A stretch of 62,672 nt of DNA, from positions 1 to 62,672 of the IMG/VR virus record IMGVR_UViG_3300028590_000016; one strand, written 5' to 3'. The position numbers and the translations under genes were made by a program. This DNA is from a virus (Duplodnaviria; Caudoviricetes). A model generated the notes under the pieces. It searched no databases, was not told the origin of the DNA, and saw only the letters and a program-made list of their open reading frames with translations. This document shows positions 1-9,877 of the stretch, in pieces. How positions within the stretch are numbered: position 1 is the first letter of the stretch; every line of letters begins with the position of its first letter.

Positions 1-63
1 TTGCCGGGCAACTATTCGATCGCATCGGCAAAGGAGCTGATCGTTTGGGGCAAAGTGTGCTGA
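1..63 (+). CDS. 3' end of an upstream gene (partial)
   Basis: Frame 1 is open to TGA at 61-63, which overlaps the next GTG start. Confidence 0.4.
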   Translation: MPGNYSIASAKELIVWGKVC

Positions 64-761
64 CCGTGCTTTGTTGGCGTTGGAAAGCGCCCCCGCAGTA
101 CCGCTCGAAATTCGAGGCCGAGCACGTCAACGTGTTGCAGGCGATGGTGAAGCGGCACCTCCGGATTCCGCACCGATTCGTATGCATCACGGACGACGCT
201 GCGGGTATTGAGTGCGAAACGATCCCGCTTTGGTCTGATCCCGTGGTTCCGGGGATGGCGCCGGATCGGCCGAACTGCTATCGGCGGCTGAAGCTATTCG
301 CCGCTGACGCCGCATCGCTGGTCGGGCCGCGCTATCTGTCGCTTGATCTGGACACGGTGATTTGCGGTGACATCACGCCTCTCGTGGAACGGTCGGAAGA
401 CTTGGTGATGTGGGGCGACACCGCGCGCGGGACTCCCTACAACGGGTCTATAGTGCTGCACTCGCCCGGCACACGGTCTCAGGTGTGGGATGAGTTCGAT
501 CCCGTCAAAAGTCCGGCGAAGGGGCGAGCGCTTCGCTACATCGGGTCTGATCAGGCGTGGATTGGTGCCTGTCTCGGGCCGAACGAGGCGAAGTGGTCTA
601 CTGCCGATGGTGTCTACAGCTTCCGCAACCAGATTCAGGCGCCACGCGGCAACGGTTCGCTGCCGCCGAACGCGCGCATCGTTTTCTTCCACGGTCATTT
701 CGACCCATGGCAGGCATCCGTGCAGGACAAGTACCCGTGGATCAAGGATCATTGGCGCTAA
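57..761 (+). CDS. Glycosyltransferase (GT-A fold, GT8-like)
   Basis: Motifs FVCITDD, YLSLDLDTVI (DxD), NGS, SDQAWI, IVFFHG-x-x-DPW. Confidence 0.8.
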   Translation: MLTVLCWRWKAPPQYRSKFEAEHVNVLQAMVKRHLRIPHRFVCITDDAAGIECETIPLWSDPVVPGMAPDRPNCYRRLKLFAADAASLVGPRYLSLDLDTVICGDITPLVERSEDLVMWGDTARGTPYNGSIVLHSPGTRSQVWDEFDPVKSPAKGRALRYIGSDQAWIGACLGPNEAKWSTADGVYSFRNQIQAPRGNGSLPPNARIVFFHGHFDPWQASVQDKYPWIKDHWR

Positions 762-777
762 GCATCCAGTTCAAAAC

Positions 778-853
778 CACGGCCTAGGCTGATCACCGAA
801 AAGCGTTGCGACCGCCTGCAGCGCCCGGCCGTGTCCTATCTCAGGCGAAGGAG
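778..853 (+). promoter_or_regulatory. Structured leader, possible pseudoknot beside the KilA-N ribosome binding site
   Basis: CACGGCC 778-784/GGCCGTG 827-833; GCGTTGC 803-809/GCAGCGC 818-824; loop CGCCT 813-817 complements AGGCG 843-847 next to AAGGAG. Confidence 0.55.
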
Positions 854-859
854 TGCGGT

Positions 860-1432
860 ATGCAAAACATTGTGAGTCACATCGACTTCCAAGGCGCGGA
901 TGTTCCGATCCGAGTAGACGGATGGTTCAACGCAACGGCTATTGCGGCCAAGTACGACCGAGAGCCTATTCAATGGTTGCGCCAACTTGATGCCGCCGAA
1001 TATATATCGGCACTTGCCATGGCAAACGGCAATTCTGCCTCCAAGGCACAATTGAACGAAATCAAAGAGTTGCGAAGCAATTCCGGCGCTTTCCAAAAAC
1101 GCATAGTCGGTCTTGCAATCGCATCTGGCTACGTCAAGACCGCTCGCGGAAGCATGGCGAACGGCGGCGGTACGTGGCTGCACCCGAAACTGGCAATCGT
1201 GTTCGGCCGCTGGCCCAACGCAGACTTCGCCGTATGGCTGGACATGAAGATTGATGCAATCCTGCGAGGGCGGGGCAGCGAGTTTTTGGCAGTGTCAATG
1301 GAGTTTCGCCAAGAGAAAGGTAAGGCCAGCGACCACGGGCGCGGCTTGAATCGGTGGCGATGCATAAAGCCTATATTGGAACTGCGGCTTCAGGAAACGC
1401 ATCCGCAGCTTGGGTTCCAGTTCTATGGCTGA
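860..1432 (+). CDS. KilA-N domain DNA-binding protein
   Basis: DGWFNATAIA, GGGTWLHPKLAIVFGRW..FAVW; AAGGAG before ATG 860. Confidence 0.88.
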   Translation: MQNIVSHIDFQGADVPIRVDGWFNATAIAAKYDREPIQWLRQLDAAEYISALAMANGNSASKAQLNEIKELRSNSGAFQKRIVGLAIASGYVKTARGSMANGGGTWLHPKLAIVFGRWPNADFAVWLDMKIDAILRGRGSEFLAVSMEFRQEKGKASDHGRGLNRWRCIKPILELRLQETHPQLGFQFYG

Positions 1433-1931
1433 GTTCGTTAAGATCACGGGGCTGGACAAGACCGTTGCGGCCTTGCGCGCGTTGCCTCGCGAAATTAGCG
1501 GCAAGAATGGCGGCCCTATGCGTGGTGCGCTATTTGCTGCTGCGCGCGCGATGCGTGACGAGGCTATCCGTCTGGCTCCTGAAGATACCGGCAATCTGAA
1601 ACGCAACATATTCGCTTACCGTGATCGGAATCCAGCTATGGTCGGGGCGAATGAGCACTACATAGTTGCTGTGCGAACCGGCAGGTTAACGAAGCGGATC
1701 AAGCGGGCTTACCGTCTCGGGCGCATCTCGCCGCGCCTGCGCGCTGTCGGTGGTGGGGACGCTTGGTATGGTCTATTCGTGGAGTTCGGCACGGCGCGGA
1801 TGTCGGCGAAGCCCTATCTGCGGCCGGCGTTTGAATCCCGCAAGAATGATGTTGTCGGCATCTTCTCTCGCGAGTTGGCGAAAGGTGTCGACCGTGCTGT
1901 GGCGCGCGCGAAGACGAAAGGCGGGTTCTGA
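1425..1931 (+). CDS. HK97 gp10-like tail completion protein
   Basis: ITGLD, APEDTGNLK, FVEFGTARM.AKPYLRPAF. Confidence 0.9.
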   Translation: MAEFVKITGLDKTVAALRALPREISGKNGGPMRGALFAAARAMRDEAIRLAPEDTGNLKRNIFAYRDRNPAMVGANEHYIVAVRTGRLTKRIKRAYRLGRISPRLRAVGGGDAWYGLFVEFGTARMSAKPYLRPAFESRKNDVVGIFSRELAKGVDRAVARAKTKGGF

Positions 1932-2299
1932 TGGAATCGCCCATCTATCAATGGCTATCGAACGACTCGGCCATCACGGCCTTGGTGGGCGATCGAATCT
2001 ACAGTTCCGGGTTTGCTGACCAGCAGTCCGAGCCGCCGTGGGCGGATTACATTGCGATCCAGCTTGTTGCAACAGACTCGCCGATGTATCTGGGCCAATA
2101 TCAGGACGTCGACTATGAGCGAGCGCAGATCCACTGCTGGTCGCAGAGTGAGGCACGCGCGCAGCAGATCATGAAGCTTTGCCGGGCCGCTCTGGACCCT
2201 TATGGGAATCATGTGGGTGGCGCGATCGAGGACTATGACCCCGACGTCAAAATGTACCGGCGTGGTTTCGACTACGGCGGATGGGAAGACCGAACATAG
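1931..2299 (+). CDS. Tail terminator protein (DUF3168-like)
   Basis: ITALVGDRIY, RAQIHCWS; position before tail tube gene. Confidence 0.8.
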   Translation: MESPIYQWLSNDSAITALVGDRIYSSGFADQQSEPPWADYIAIQLVATDSPMYLGQYQDVDYERAQIHCWSQSEARAQQIMKLCRAALDPYGNHVGGAIEDYDPDVKMYRRGFDYGGWEDRT

Positions 2300-2342
2300 A
2301 AAATCTGATGGAAGCGGAAGGCACGCCGCGACCGCAGACGAT

Positions 2343-2365
2343 AGCCCGCCTCGGCGGGTTTTTTT
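2343..2365 (+). terminator. Intrinsic terminator
   Basis: CCCGCC-TC-GGCGGG followed by T7. Confidence 0.8.
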
Positions 2366-2392
2366 GTGCCTGAAAAACCTGTGAGGTGATCT

Positions 2393-2863
2393 ATGAAAAT
2401 GAGTGACAAGGGCACCGAGTTCTTCGGTGTTGACCCCGCGCAATCGCCGGCCGTATTCAAACTCGGCTGCATTACTGGTATCGACGGCCTCTCTGGCGCT
2501 CGCCAGCAGATCGACGTGACGTGCTTCAGCTCCGAGGAAATGGAGTATGAGGCCGGTCGCGCAAATCCGGGCCAGATCACGATTTCCGGTATCTACGACA
2601 CCGACGACTTGGTGTTCCCGCAACTGGTGGCGCTGAAGGACAACGGCACTACGATCGGCTGGTACATCGGCGGTAGCGATGGAACTGACCCGCCGACCGA
2701 AAACAGCATCGGTGAAGTGGAACCGCCGACGACTCGTACCGGTATCGACTTCCGGGGCTACGTCGCCGACATCACGTGGCAGATTCAGCCGAACAACAAG
2801 TGGCGCTACCAGCTCATTATCCAGCGAAGCGGCCCTTGGCATCTGACGCCGAAGACGCCGTAA
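2393..2863 (+). CDS. Major tail tube protein
   Basis: QIDVTCF..EYEAGRANPGQIT, FRGYV; synteny. Confidence 0.88.
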   Translation: MKMSDKGTEFFGVDPAQSPAVFKLGCITGIDGLSGARQQIDVTCFSSEEMEYEAGRANPGQITISGIYDTDDLVFPQLVALKDNGTTIGWYIGGSDGTDPPTENSIGEVEPPTTRTGIDFRGYVADITWQIQPNNKWRYQLIIQRSGPWHLTPKTP

Positions 2864-2921
2864 GGTAACCTTTGCCGGCGCCAATCCGGGCGCCGGCATT
2901 CAGAGAGAAACCGAGAAAACC

Positions 2922-3263
2922 ATGAGCGAAGACAAAGACTTCGATGCGTTGCAGACCGCAGAAGTAACGATCGAACGCAACGGCAAGAGCCGGACGTATC
3001 TCGTGACGGAGTTCACGAAGCTGGACGCGCAGCAGGCGTTCAACATCAATAAGGACAATGGTAAGCGCGACCCCGTGAAGGCGCGGCAAGTGGATTCCAG
3101 GCTGATCGCGCGAGCGGTGCAGGTCATGGACGGAAACGGCGGATTGACGCCGATCACATTCGCTCAGGCGGAAGTGTTGCCGCAGTCGGTATCGCGCAAG
3201 CTCGTCGCTGCTGTGCTCGAAATCAACGGCATCGGCGGCGAGGACGAAGACGAAAAAAACTAG
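2922..3263 (+). CDS. Tail assembly chaperone (gpG-like)
   Basis: Between tube and tape measure genes; ends EKN at a slippery site. Confidence 0.85.
   Translation: MSEDKDFDALQTAEVTIERNGKSRTYLVTEFTKLDAQQAFNINKDNGKRDPVKARQVDSRLIARAVQVMDGNGGLTPITFAQAEVLPQSVSRKLVAAVLEINGIGGEDEDEKN
3254..3260 (+). other. Programmed -1 frameshift site A-AAA-AAC
   Basis: XXXYYYZ heptamer just before TAG; -1 frame open to 3637. Confidence 0.85.
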
Positions 3264-3637
3264 CAGCGGGCGGCGAGGAATTCTTCGCGCATCTGCTTGC
3301 TTTGAAGATGCATGAGCCGAATGTTCGCCGATTGCTGGCGAGCATCAGTCATCGCCAGTTCCAGAAGTGGGTAATTTTCACAAAGCTGCATAGCATCGAT
3401 TCCGACGAGCGGGTAGATGCGGCGATTGCACGAGTTGGCGTAGCTGGGCTACGTGCGATGGGAGCGAAGAATGTGAGCGTTGATGACTTCGATCCCTTGC
3501 GGTTCAAACCGGTGCGCCCGAAGAAATCGCGGCCCGAGGACGGCAGTAAGAAAGGTAAGAAATCCATAGGTCTTGACCCCGCGATCTTTGCCGCCTTTGC
3601 GGCCAGTGATCCAGCAGTAGCGAAAAGGAAGAAGTAG
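3260..3637 (+). CDS. gpGT-like frameshift extension of the tail chaperone
   Basis: -1 frame reads LAAGGEEFFAHLLALKM..VRRLLASISHRQFQKW. Confidence 0.8.
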   Translation, partial: LAAGGEEFFAHLLALKMHEPNVRRLLASISHRQFQKWVIFTKLHSIDSDERVDAAIARVGVAGLRAMGAKNVSVDDFDPLRFKPVRPKKSRPEDGSKKGKKSIGLDPAIFAAFAASDPAVAKRKK

Positions 3638-6600
3638 TGGCGAATTCAGTCGGCTCCGTCCAAATTGATCTTGAGGCGAGGCTGGCTAAGTTTGAGTCGG
3701 ATATTGGCCGCGCCGCGCGCATCCTCGAAAGAGAAATGGCGCGTGGCGCGGCTCAGGCCGAGCGTGCGATGCAGCAGATGCAGCAGAAGGTCACGCGGGA
3801 GCTTGAGAAGATTCAGCAGGCAGGCGCACAGATCGGCCGCGCGTTCGTTGGCTGGTTCAGCGCGCAGGCTATTGCTGGATTCGCACAGGGGCTTGCAAGA
3901 GTAGCCGATAGCTACGCAAACATTCAGGCTAAGGTTCGGCTTGCTGCTGGTGAGCAAACGAACCTAGCCGAAGCGACGCAGAAGGTTTTCGCAGTCGCGC
4001 AGAACACGTTTAACTCGTTTGAATCGACGACGGCGCTTGTACAGCGTACCGCGCTAGCCCTGCGCAATGCAGGTAAGGACGCGTCGACAGCTTTCACTAC
4101 CGGCGTGCAGCTCGCCGAAGTCTTCAATAAATCGCTTGTCGTCTCCGGCGCGTCGGCCATAGAGGCCGCTTCATCCGCTATGCAGTTCTCGCAAGCGCTC
4201 GCGTCCGGAAAGTTCCAGGGCGATGAGTTCCGCTCCGTCATGGAGAACAATTCCCGATTCGCTCAACTGCTGGCTGACTCTCTTGGGGTTACCACGGCCA
4301 AGTTGCGCGAGATGTCGACCGCCGGGAAGCTCAACATTGAATCGATGCTTGGCGTTGTCCGCAATACGGAAAAGCTGGACGCCGAGTTCGCGAAGATGCC
4401 GGTGACGATTAGCCGTGCGACGACACAGCTTTCCAACGCGTGGACGAAGTTCATCGGTGAGACAGATCAGGCGGCAGGTTCATCGCGGGCAATCGCTGAG
4501 GCCATTCAACTGCTCGCCGGTCGGCTGCCAGCCCTAGTTGATTCCGTCCTGCGTCTTACCACGGTTTTCGTCACCTACTTCGCTGTCTTTCGAGTTGCGC
4601 CGGCACTATACGCTGCGAGCACCGCTGCATTAGCGGCTTACACCGCCGCACTGACATCTTCGTCAATCGCCGCTGAGCTTGGAATGACGGCGAACGCCAA
4701 GTTCTCTCTTTCCATGAACACGGCTGAGATTGCCGCAGCGTCGCTGACAGTCAAGCTTCAGGCTCTTTCGGTTCTATTGTTCTCGGGTTTCGTTGGTTGG
4801 GAAATCGGCAGCATTTTGCGCGAGCAGTTCGTGGAAGTTCGCGTCGCCGGTATCGCAATGGTGGAAGGCTTGCTGGTCGCATGGGAGCGCTTCAAGGAAG
4901 GCGCCAAGATTGCGGCAGCGACCATTCAAGCGGCTTTCGGGAATCTTGATGAGGTGCTTGGGCTTAGCTTGAAGTCGTTGGCCTTGGGCTGGGCGAAATT
5001 CTTTGACTTCGTTCCGGCTATCCCCGGTGGCGCGCAAATCGCAGAAGGCCTGCGCGGCATCGTCTCTGAGATGGGTCCAGCAATCAACACATCGGCTCTG
5101 CTGGCTGGTTCGGTCGCCAATATCCGACTTGAAACCGAGCTTGCCATCGGCGCCATTCGTGAAAGCACTGGCGCCCTTGCCGAGGCGGAGCTTGCGGGGG
5201 ACAAGGTTGCTACGGCGCATGCAAAAGTAGCGCAGAGCACGGCTGCTGCCGCGCAGCAGATGGATACGCTGACGGTCAAGGCACCAGAGCAAGCCAAGGC
5301 GGTGAATTCAGCCGAAAGCGCGCTCAACGGCTACAACGATGCGCTGGCTAGACTTGAGAATTTGGCCGATCGTTCGTCGAAGGCTCTTGGGCCGCTGGAA
5401 AAGGCCGAATCCGATCACGCGATGCGCGTGCGGGAAATTGATGCCGCGCTGCAGAAAGCGATCGACAAGTCGGAAGAATACTTTGCAGAGACGGCACGGC
5501 AGGTACCGCTAGCCGATCGAGTAGCGGCCAAACTGCGGATGGTGGCCGAGGCTAGAGCTAAGCATGCGGCGGCCATGGGCGTAGAGGATGACGCGAATAA
5601 AGAGCGCATCGCCTCCGCGCAAAAAGAAATCGACGTTCTTTCTCCGCTACTGCAGAAACTCAAGGATCGAACCGACAACATTGGCCTGAGCGATCGAGAC
5701 CTTGATATCGCAAATCAGGTCAGAGAATTGCGCCAAGAGTATTCTGAACTGACGGAAGCGGCGAAGGCTGCAAATCCGCCGCTTGAGGTCATGGAAGCGA
5801 CGCTGCGGAAACAGGCTGGTGCAACGTATGACGCCGAGAAGGCTGCCGAGTCTTGGCGCAATGCGTGGGAGAACGTAGTTGATGGCGTCTCGCGCGCGAT
5901 CGGTGATTTTGCTACAGGCCAGATTAGGACGTGGAAGGACTTCACCCGTTCGTTGGTGGATACGTTCAAGCGAGCAGTTGCGGACATCATTTCTGAGTGG
6001 GCGAAGACGGCGATTATGAAGTCGTTCGCTGGTGGTGGTGGAAGCATTTGGGGCGGCCTTATCTCTGCTGGCGCCGCGATGCTCGGTGGCAGCGGCAAGG
6101 GAACGGCTGGTGGCGAAACTGGCGGCTTCACGTACGGGCCACAGGCTTCTAGCAACCCATTCAGCGGCAACGGAATGCTACTGAACTACGCCACGAACTA
6201 TGCCGGCGGTGGTGGTTCCATGGGCAGCGGTTCGGTTCCAGGATTCGGTGGCAACGTCGGTTCTACGATGGCGTTCGGTGGCGCCTTGATGGGCGCGCAG
6301 TACGGCATGACGCGCGGTGATGGTGGCATGGGCACCTTGGGCAGCACTGCGGCTGGCGCCATTGCTGGCTATTGGGCTGGCACCGTGGCTGCTGGTGCGA
6401 TCCTTGGTGCGTCTGCTGGTGCTGCGGCGGGTGGCACTGCTGTGGCGGTGTCTGGTGCCGCTTCCGGCGCAATGGGCGCCGCAGCTGCGGTTCCTGTGAT
6501 CGGCTGGATCGCCCTTATCGCTCTGGTCGCCGACTACTTCAGCGATGGCAACGTGTTCGGCACGAAATGGCGTCCGTCCGAGCATCGTTCGGAACTGAGC

Positions 6601-8703
6601 TTCAGCGACGAGGGGGCAACGGCTACTTCGCAAATCGACGAATGGCGGAAACAGAGCCAGTGGAGCCAGGCGTGGGGCCGTGTCTTTACCGGTGGTGCGC
6701 TGCTGCCTTCGGATTGGGGTGACAAGGATCGTCGCACGCGCGATCTTGCGGTCGATCCCGAGGTGTTGGAAGCGATCAAGAAGATCCATACCGACCTTCA
6801 GAACACGTATGAGAAGGCTGCGCAGCAGTTGGGCATCGCGGTCATTCCGATGCTTGATGCGACGTTCGACACGATCACGACTTACACGGAAAAGGGGAAG
6901 GTCAAGACGACGAAGACGGTTGGGACGATCCTCGGGCAGATGTACGAGGAACCGCTGGATCAGTTCGTGAAGCGCATGCACGCGGAAGCGATCATCCAAT
7001 CTTTGGACTCGATCGTGAAGGGCGCATCGGCTGCTGCGGAGGCTTACCGCAAGAATGCTGACGACTTACTCGACGTCGCGGCGATGATGACGCAGGCGCA
7101 CCTCGATCAGAAGGAAGGCAACGTGTTGCTCGGTGCTGGCGACAGCATGGAGGACATCGTTGCTTGGGTCGAAAAGCTGCGCGTCGGCGAAGAAAAGCTG
7201 ACGGACACGTATTCGCGTCTGCAGCAGGCTTCACAGGCTTACTTCGGAATCTTGGAGCGCGCTAACGAAGCATTGACCGCGATCAAGACGCCGAACACGC
7301 CTTTGGCGCAGATGCGTACTGCCCTGGAACAGATCGACGAACAGTTGGCTGAAAACATCAAGGGGTTGAACGATGCGGCTATCGCGGCGGGTCTCACTGC
7401 GGCAAAGGAAGAAGACCTTGCGAGGATTCGGGAACTTGCGGCGGCGCAGATAGACAAAATTGCGAACGACTTCTTTGCTGGGATCGATCAGCAAATTGAA
7501 GCGATGAACACGGATCACACGCCGGCTGGCGATTTCGCTATGACGATGCGTGCGATTTCGCGGCAGATGTACGACAACATCGAGGCAGCGAACATGCTGG
7601 CTCGGGCGCAGGGTCGTACCGGGGCTAGCACGACGCAGTTGGCGCGCATCCACGAGCTTGCAGCCCGTCAGGCTGCGGCAGCGATTCGCCAGCTTGAAAC
7701 GATCGCGCAACAACAAGTGCGTAGTCTCTACGGCACCGCGTACACGCTTGCCGATGTTGATGCGGATATCGCGGAGTTGGAAGGCCGTGCGGGCGCAGCG
7801 GCGCAAGCGGTGCAGGACTTCGGTTCTGCGATGGGTGATGCGGCCTCGGCTGCGTCTGACGCCATCAATCTGTTGCTTGGTGACCTCAGCCCGCTGAACG
7901 ATCAGCAGAAGTTGCAGACCGCGTTGGGCGGACTGCAGGCTGGCACGGTGTCGCAGGAGCAAGTGCTTCAGATTGGCCGTCGTCTGTATGCGAGCACGGC
8001 GCAATACAACGCGTTGTTCTGGCAAGTCATGAACATGGGGTCGCGCGCTGCGAACGGTGGTGGCGGTTCCGCTGCTGGGCAGGCTGACCCGAATACAGCG
8101 AAGCCGCTGACGTCGGAAGAGCAGGAGCGGTTGGCGCAGCTCTATGAACGTCGCGATGTGCTCCGTGCGCAGGGCCGATTGGAAGAAGCGCGGCAGCTCG
8201 CAGACACTATCGCTTCGCTGGCTGCTGCGAAGGGTCTGACCTTCGAAGAAATCGCGAAAGAACTGAATTTCAACCTTGGCGATTTGGCGGCTGACCTCGG
8301 TCTTACGAACGATGGTTTGCTAGCATATCTGGCTGAGATTGACGTCAATGCGGATGCGGTCCCGGACTCGATCACCTCGAACACGGACAGGTTGCTGGCC
8401 CGTCTGGATCAGTATTTCGGCTCCGGCCAATGGACCGATACCGGCTCTGAATCGACTGGTGACGAGTCCGAAAAGCCAGGCGATATCTCGCCGAACAGTT
8501 CCAAGGAACAGCGCGAATCGCTGGAACCTGTCACGAAGGAAATCGAACTCGGCCGCAGAGCAAGCGCCGTTAACACAGACAGACAGGTGGATTCGACGGA
8601 TCGGACGACTGAGGCCATTGAAGGGCTGCGCGCTGATATCCGTCGACAAGACGCCGATAACCCACGCAGCACTCGATACATGGTTCTGAGGTACGAACGT
8701 TGA
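3637..8703 (+). CDS. Tape measure protein
   Basis: 1688 aa, Ala-rich; QFSQALASGKFQGDEFRSVMEN tape-measure domain; Gly-rich hydrophobic segment. Confidence 0.95.
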   Translation: MANSVGSVQIDLEARLAKFESDIGRAARILEREMARGAAQAERAMQQMQQKVTRELEKIQQAGAQIGRAFVGWFSAQAIAGFAQGLARVADSYANIQAKVRLAAGEQTNLAEATQKVFAVAQNTFNSFESTTALVQRTALALRNAGKDASTAFTTGVQLAEVFNKSLVVSGASAIEAASSAMQFSQALASGKFQGDEFRSVMENNSRFAQLLADSLGVTTAKLREMSTAGKLNIESMLGVVRNTEKLDAEFAKMPVTISRATTQLSNAWTKFIGETDQAAGSSRAIAEAIQLLAGRLPALVDSVLRLTTVFVTYFAVFRVAPALYAASTAALAAYTAALTSSSIAAELGMTANAKFSLSMNTAEIAAASLTVKLQALSVLLFSGFVGWEIGSILREQFVEVRVAGIAMVEGLLVAWERFKEGAKIAAATIQAAFGNLDEVLGLSLKSLALGWAKFFDFVPAIPGGAQIAEGLRGIVSEMGPAINTSALLAGSVANIRLETELAIGAIRESTGALAEAELAGDKVATAHAKVAQSTAAAAQQMDTLTVKAPEQAKAVNSAESALNGYNDALARLENLADRSSKALGPLEKAESDHAMRVREIDAALQKAIDKSEEYFAETARQVPLADRVAAKLRMVAEARAKHAAAMGVEDDANKERIASAQKEIDVLSPLLQKLKDRTDNIGLSDRDLDIANQVRELRQEYSELTEAAKAANPPLEVMEATLRKQAGATYDAEKAAESWRNAWENVVDGVSRAIGDFATGQIRTWKDFTRSLVDTFKRAVADIISEWAKTAIMKSFAGGGGSIWGGLISAGAAMLGGSGKGTAGGETGGFTYGPQASSNPFSGNGMLLNYATNYAGGGGSMGSGSVPGFGGNVGSTMAFGGALMGAQYGMTRGDGGMGTLGSTAAGAIAGYWAGTVAAGAILGASAGAAAGGTAVAVSGAASGAMGAAAAVPVIGWIALIALVADYFSDGNVFGTKWRPSEHRSELSFSDEGATATSQIDEWRKQSQWSQAWGRVFTGGALLPSDWGDKDRRTRDLAVDPEVLEAIKKIHTDLQNTYEKAAQQLGIAVIPMLDATFDTITTYTEKGKVKTTKTVGTILGQMYEEPLDQFVKRMHAEAIIQSLDSIVKGASAAAEAYRKNADDLLDVAAMMTQAHLDQKEGNVLLGAGDSMEDIVAWVEKLRVGEEKLTDTYSRLQQASQAYFGILERANEALTAIKTPNTPLAQMRTALEQIDEQLAENIKGLNDAAIAAGLTAAKEEDLARIRELAAAQIDKIANDFFAGIDQQIEAMNTDHTPAGDFAMTMRAISRQMYDNIEAANMLARAQGRTGASTTQLARIHELAARQAAAAIRQLETIAQQQVRSLYGTAYTLADVDADIAELEGRAGAAAQAVQDFGSAMGDAASAASDAINLLLGDLSPLNDQQKLQTALGGLQAGTVSQEQVLQIGRRLYASTAQYNALFWQVMNMGSRAANGGGGSAAGQADPNTAKPLTSEEQERLAQLYERRDVLRAQGRLEEARQLADTIASLAAAKGLTFEEIAKELNFNLGDLAADLGLTNDGLLAYLAEIDVNADAVPDSITSNTDRLLARLDQYFGSGQWTDTGSESTGDESEKPGDISPNSSKEQRESLEPVTKEIELGRRASAVNTDRQVDSTDRTTEAIEGLRADIRRQDADNPRSTRYMVLRYER

Positions 8704-9857
8704 AAAACCCCATCCAGTTGATTGTGTCTATCGGCACGCCGACGACTGACAAACAGCTCGAACTCCACATGTCTGAAGAACTCTATGTCCGTGACGTGCC
8801 CCTTGAAGCATCGTATTTAATTGGCGAAGGCGGCACCCCGCCATATTCGTATTCGGTTTCTTCGGGTGCCGAACCTGCGGGTGTGCTGCTTGAATCCGAT
8901 GGGAAATTCACCGGCACGCCGACGACTCAGGGCTACTCCGAGGTATTCGTAGAAGTTTCTGACTCCGCTGCTAACACCTTCGAAACGTGGTTTACGTTTC
9001 AGGTCAAAGGTGGCATCGCGATTCAATCGATCCTGCCATACGCGTGCATCGAACAACCGTATAACGCATTGCTTGTCGCGAAAGGCGGTACGCTGCCGTA
9101 TTCCCTCTGGGAAGTATTCGACGGTGCTCTTCCAGATGGCCTTTCGATCGTAGAAACTGATGGTATCTGGACTATTGAGGGTACGCCCACAGGATCGTGG
9201 GGGACTGGCGCTGAGCTTTTTAGCTTTGGTCTGCGCGTTACTGACGATGCCGGAAATTTCGCCGAGGCTGCGTTCAGACTGCCGGTCTGGAACGAACTAA
9301 CCATCAATACATCTTTCGAGGAGTTCACCTACCTCTGGGCGAATACCGCTTTCAGCAAAACATACTTGCCTGGATGGGGAGTTTTGGGGGCAGACAACCC
9401 CATGCGGAATCTTAGGCAGCCGAGAGTGCAGTTCTCTCTTGATCCTGATTTGGCGACCGATGGTGTTCCTACGGGTATTTCTATCCAACCACTAACCGGC
9501 GTGGTTTCTGGGTTCCCCGCTGCTCCTGGCTTCAACCACGTGTTCGATGTAGTTGCAACCGATGAATTCGGAAATGTCGCCACTCAAACGCAGAACTATC
9601 GCGTGCAGGCTACGGCCACGCCGTATATGATCATCAGTGAACCGTTCGGAGATGGAAGTTCTACACATTTCGAATACGAGACAAGCTACAAGACCGCTTT
9701 CCAAGCAGAAACATTGCGTGAAACTGATGGGTCAGTCTTGGCGAGCACAATCACTCACCCATCGCCAGGAAGCCCGGGGGACAATCTGATTGTGGTTGCT
9801 GACTTCGTATCGCCGCCCAGCATGAATCAGTTCTATTTTTCATTGATCGGCCTCTGA
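8700..9857 (+). CDS. Tail protein with tandem Ig-like (He_PIG-type) repeats
   Basis: Repeated GGT-x-PYS..G..P.G....GTPT units. Confidence 0.7.
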   Translation: MKNPIQLIVSIGTPTTDKQLELHMSEELYVRDVPLEASYLIGEGGTPPYSYSVSSGAEPAGVLLESDGKFTGTPTTQGYSEVFVEVSDSAANTFETWFTFQVKGGIAIQSILPYACIEQPYNALLVAKGGTLPYSLWEVFDGALPDGLSIVETDGIWTIEGTPTGSWGTGAELFSFGLRVTDDAGNFAEAAFRLPVWNELTINTSFEEFTYLWANTAFSKTYLPGWGVLGADNPMRNLRQPRVQFSLDPDLATDGVPTGISIQPLTGVVSGFPAAPGFNHVFDVVATDEFGNVATQTQNYRVQATATPYMIISEPFGDGSSTHFEYETSYKTAFQAETLRETDGSVLASTITHPSPGSPGDNLIVVADFVSPPSMNQFYFSLIGL

Positions 9858-9877
9858 TCTAGGAGTTCCGGATTCTG

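Noticed and set aside
789-802. CTGATCACCGAAA as a hammerhead core
   Set aside because: CTGATCA breaks the conserved CUGANGA; no stem II and no matching stem I or cleavage triplet
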